From IMG/VR virus record IMGVR_UViG_2778261316_000009: a stretch of DNA of 36,248 bases; one strand, given 5' to 3'. A model generated the notes under the pieces. It saw only the letters and a program-made list of their open reading frames with translations, did not search any database and had not been told where the DNA came from. Position numbers and translations under genes: made by a program. This DNA is from a virus (lineage: Duplodnaviria; Heunggongvirae; Uroviricota; Caudoviricetes). Shown piece after piece: positions 35,883-36,248 of this stretch (position 1 is the first letter of the stretch; every line of letters begins with the position of its first letter).

Positions 35883-36248
35883 ATGCATCGTATAGACACG
35901 AAAACCGCGCAGAAGGATAAGTTCGGCGCGGGTAAGAACGGTTTTACCCGTGGTAATCCCCAGACTGGTACGCCTGCCACCGATCTGGATGATGACTACT
36001 TTGACATGTTGCAGGAGGAGCTTTGCAGCGTTGTGGAGGCATCCGGTGCCAGCCTGGAGAAGGGGCGGCATGACCAGTTGCTTACCGCACTTCGCGCACT
36101 GCTGTTAAGCCGCAATAATCCGTTTGGTGATATCAAATCGGACGGCACGGTACCAACGGCTCTCGAAAACCTTGGTTTGGGAGAAGGTTCGGCATTACCC
36201 GTTGGTGTGCCTGTTCCGTGGCCTTCCGCCACTCCGCCAACAGGCTGG
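35883..36248 (+). CDS. tail fibre protein, N-terminal part (truncated by the window end)
   Basis: [47 protein letters not shown] is the conserved N-terminus of enterobacterial phage side tail fibres; no stop reached. Confidence 0.75.
   Translation, partial: MHRIDTKTAQKDKFGAGKNGFTRGNPQTGTPATDLDDDYFDMLQEELCSVVEASGASLEKGRHDQLLTALRALLLSRNNPFGDIKSDGTVPTALENLGLGEGSALPVGVPVPWPSATPPTGW

Larger units (their letters stand above)
1230..36248. mobile_element. temperate prophage (lambdoid regulation, HK97-like head, Mu-like contractile tail; e14/SfV-like), left end at the dusA junction, continues beyond the window
   Basis: contiguous phage modules: repressor/cro, replication, Q, lysis, terminase, portal, protease, capsid, sheath, tube, tape measure, baseplate; host dusA reading frame breaks at about 1230. 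Confidence 0.85.

Overview
The window is about 35 kb of a temperate prophage inserted in the 5' end of the host dusA gene (junction near 1230), preceded by about 1.2 kb of host flank. The phage is a mosaic: lambdoid regulation and lysis genes, an HK97-type head module and a Mu-type contractile tail, with gene content resembling e14/SfV-like phages. Gene order left to right: cargo genes at the prophage end (1373-2279), a minus-strand early-left operon (2348-5782), a GC-rich structured non-coding element (5826-6166), two duplicated small-gene cassettes (6164-7470), the cI/cro immunity switch (7476-8542), replication and nin-like genes with two DNA methyltransferases, Q antiterminator, lysis cassette, HNH/cos/terminase, head, then tail genes running to a tail-fibre gene cut by the window end. 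No integrase, N-like antiterminator, tRNA, rRNA or CRISPR array was found. The best candidates for undescribed biology are the structured element at 5826-6166, the repeat-bounded convergent small-gene cassettes, the AT-rich cargo genes at the prophage end, and an AT-rich PH-domain-like moron inside the tail module (30252-30741). All family calls rest on motifs read from the translations and on recall; no database search was run.
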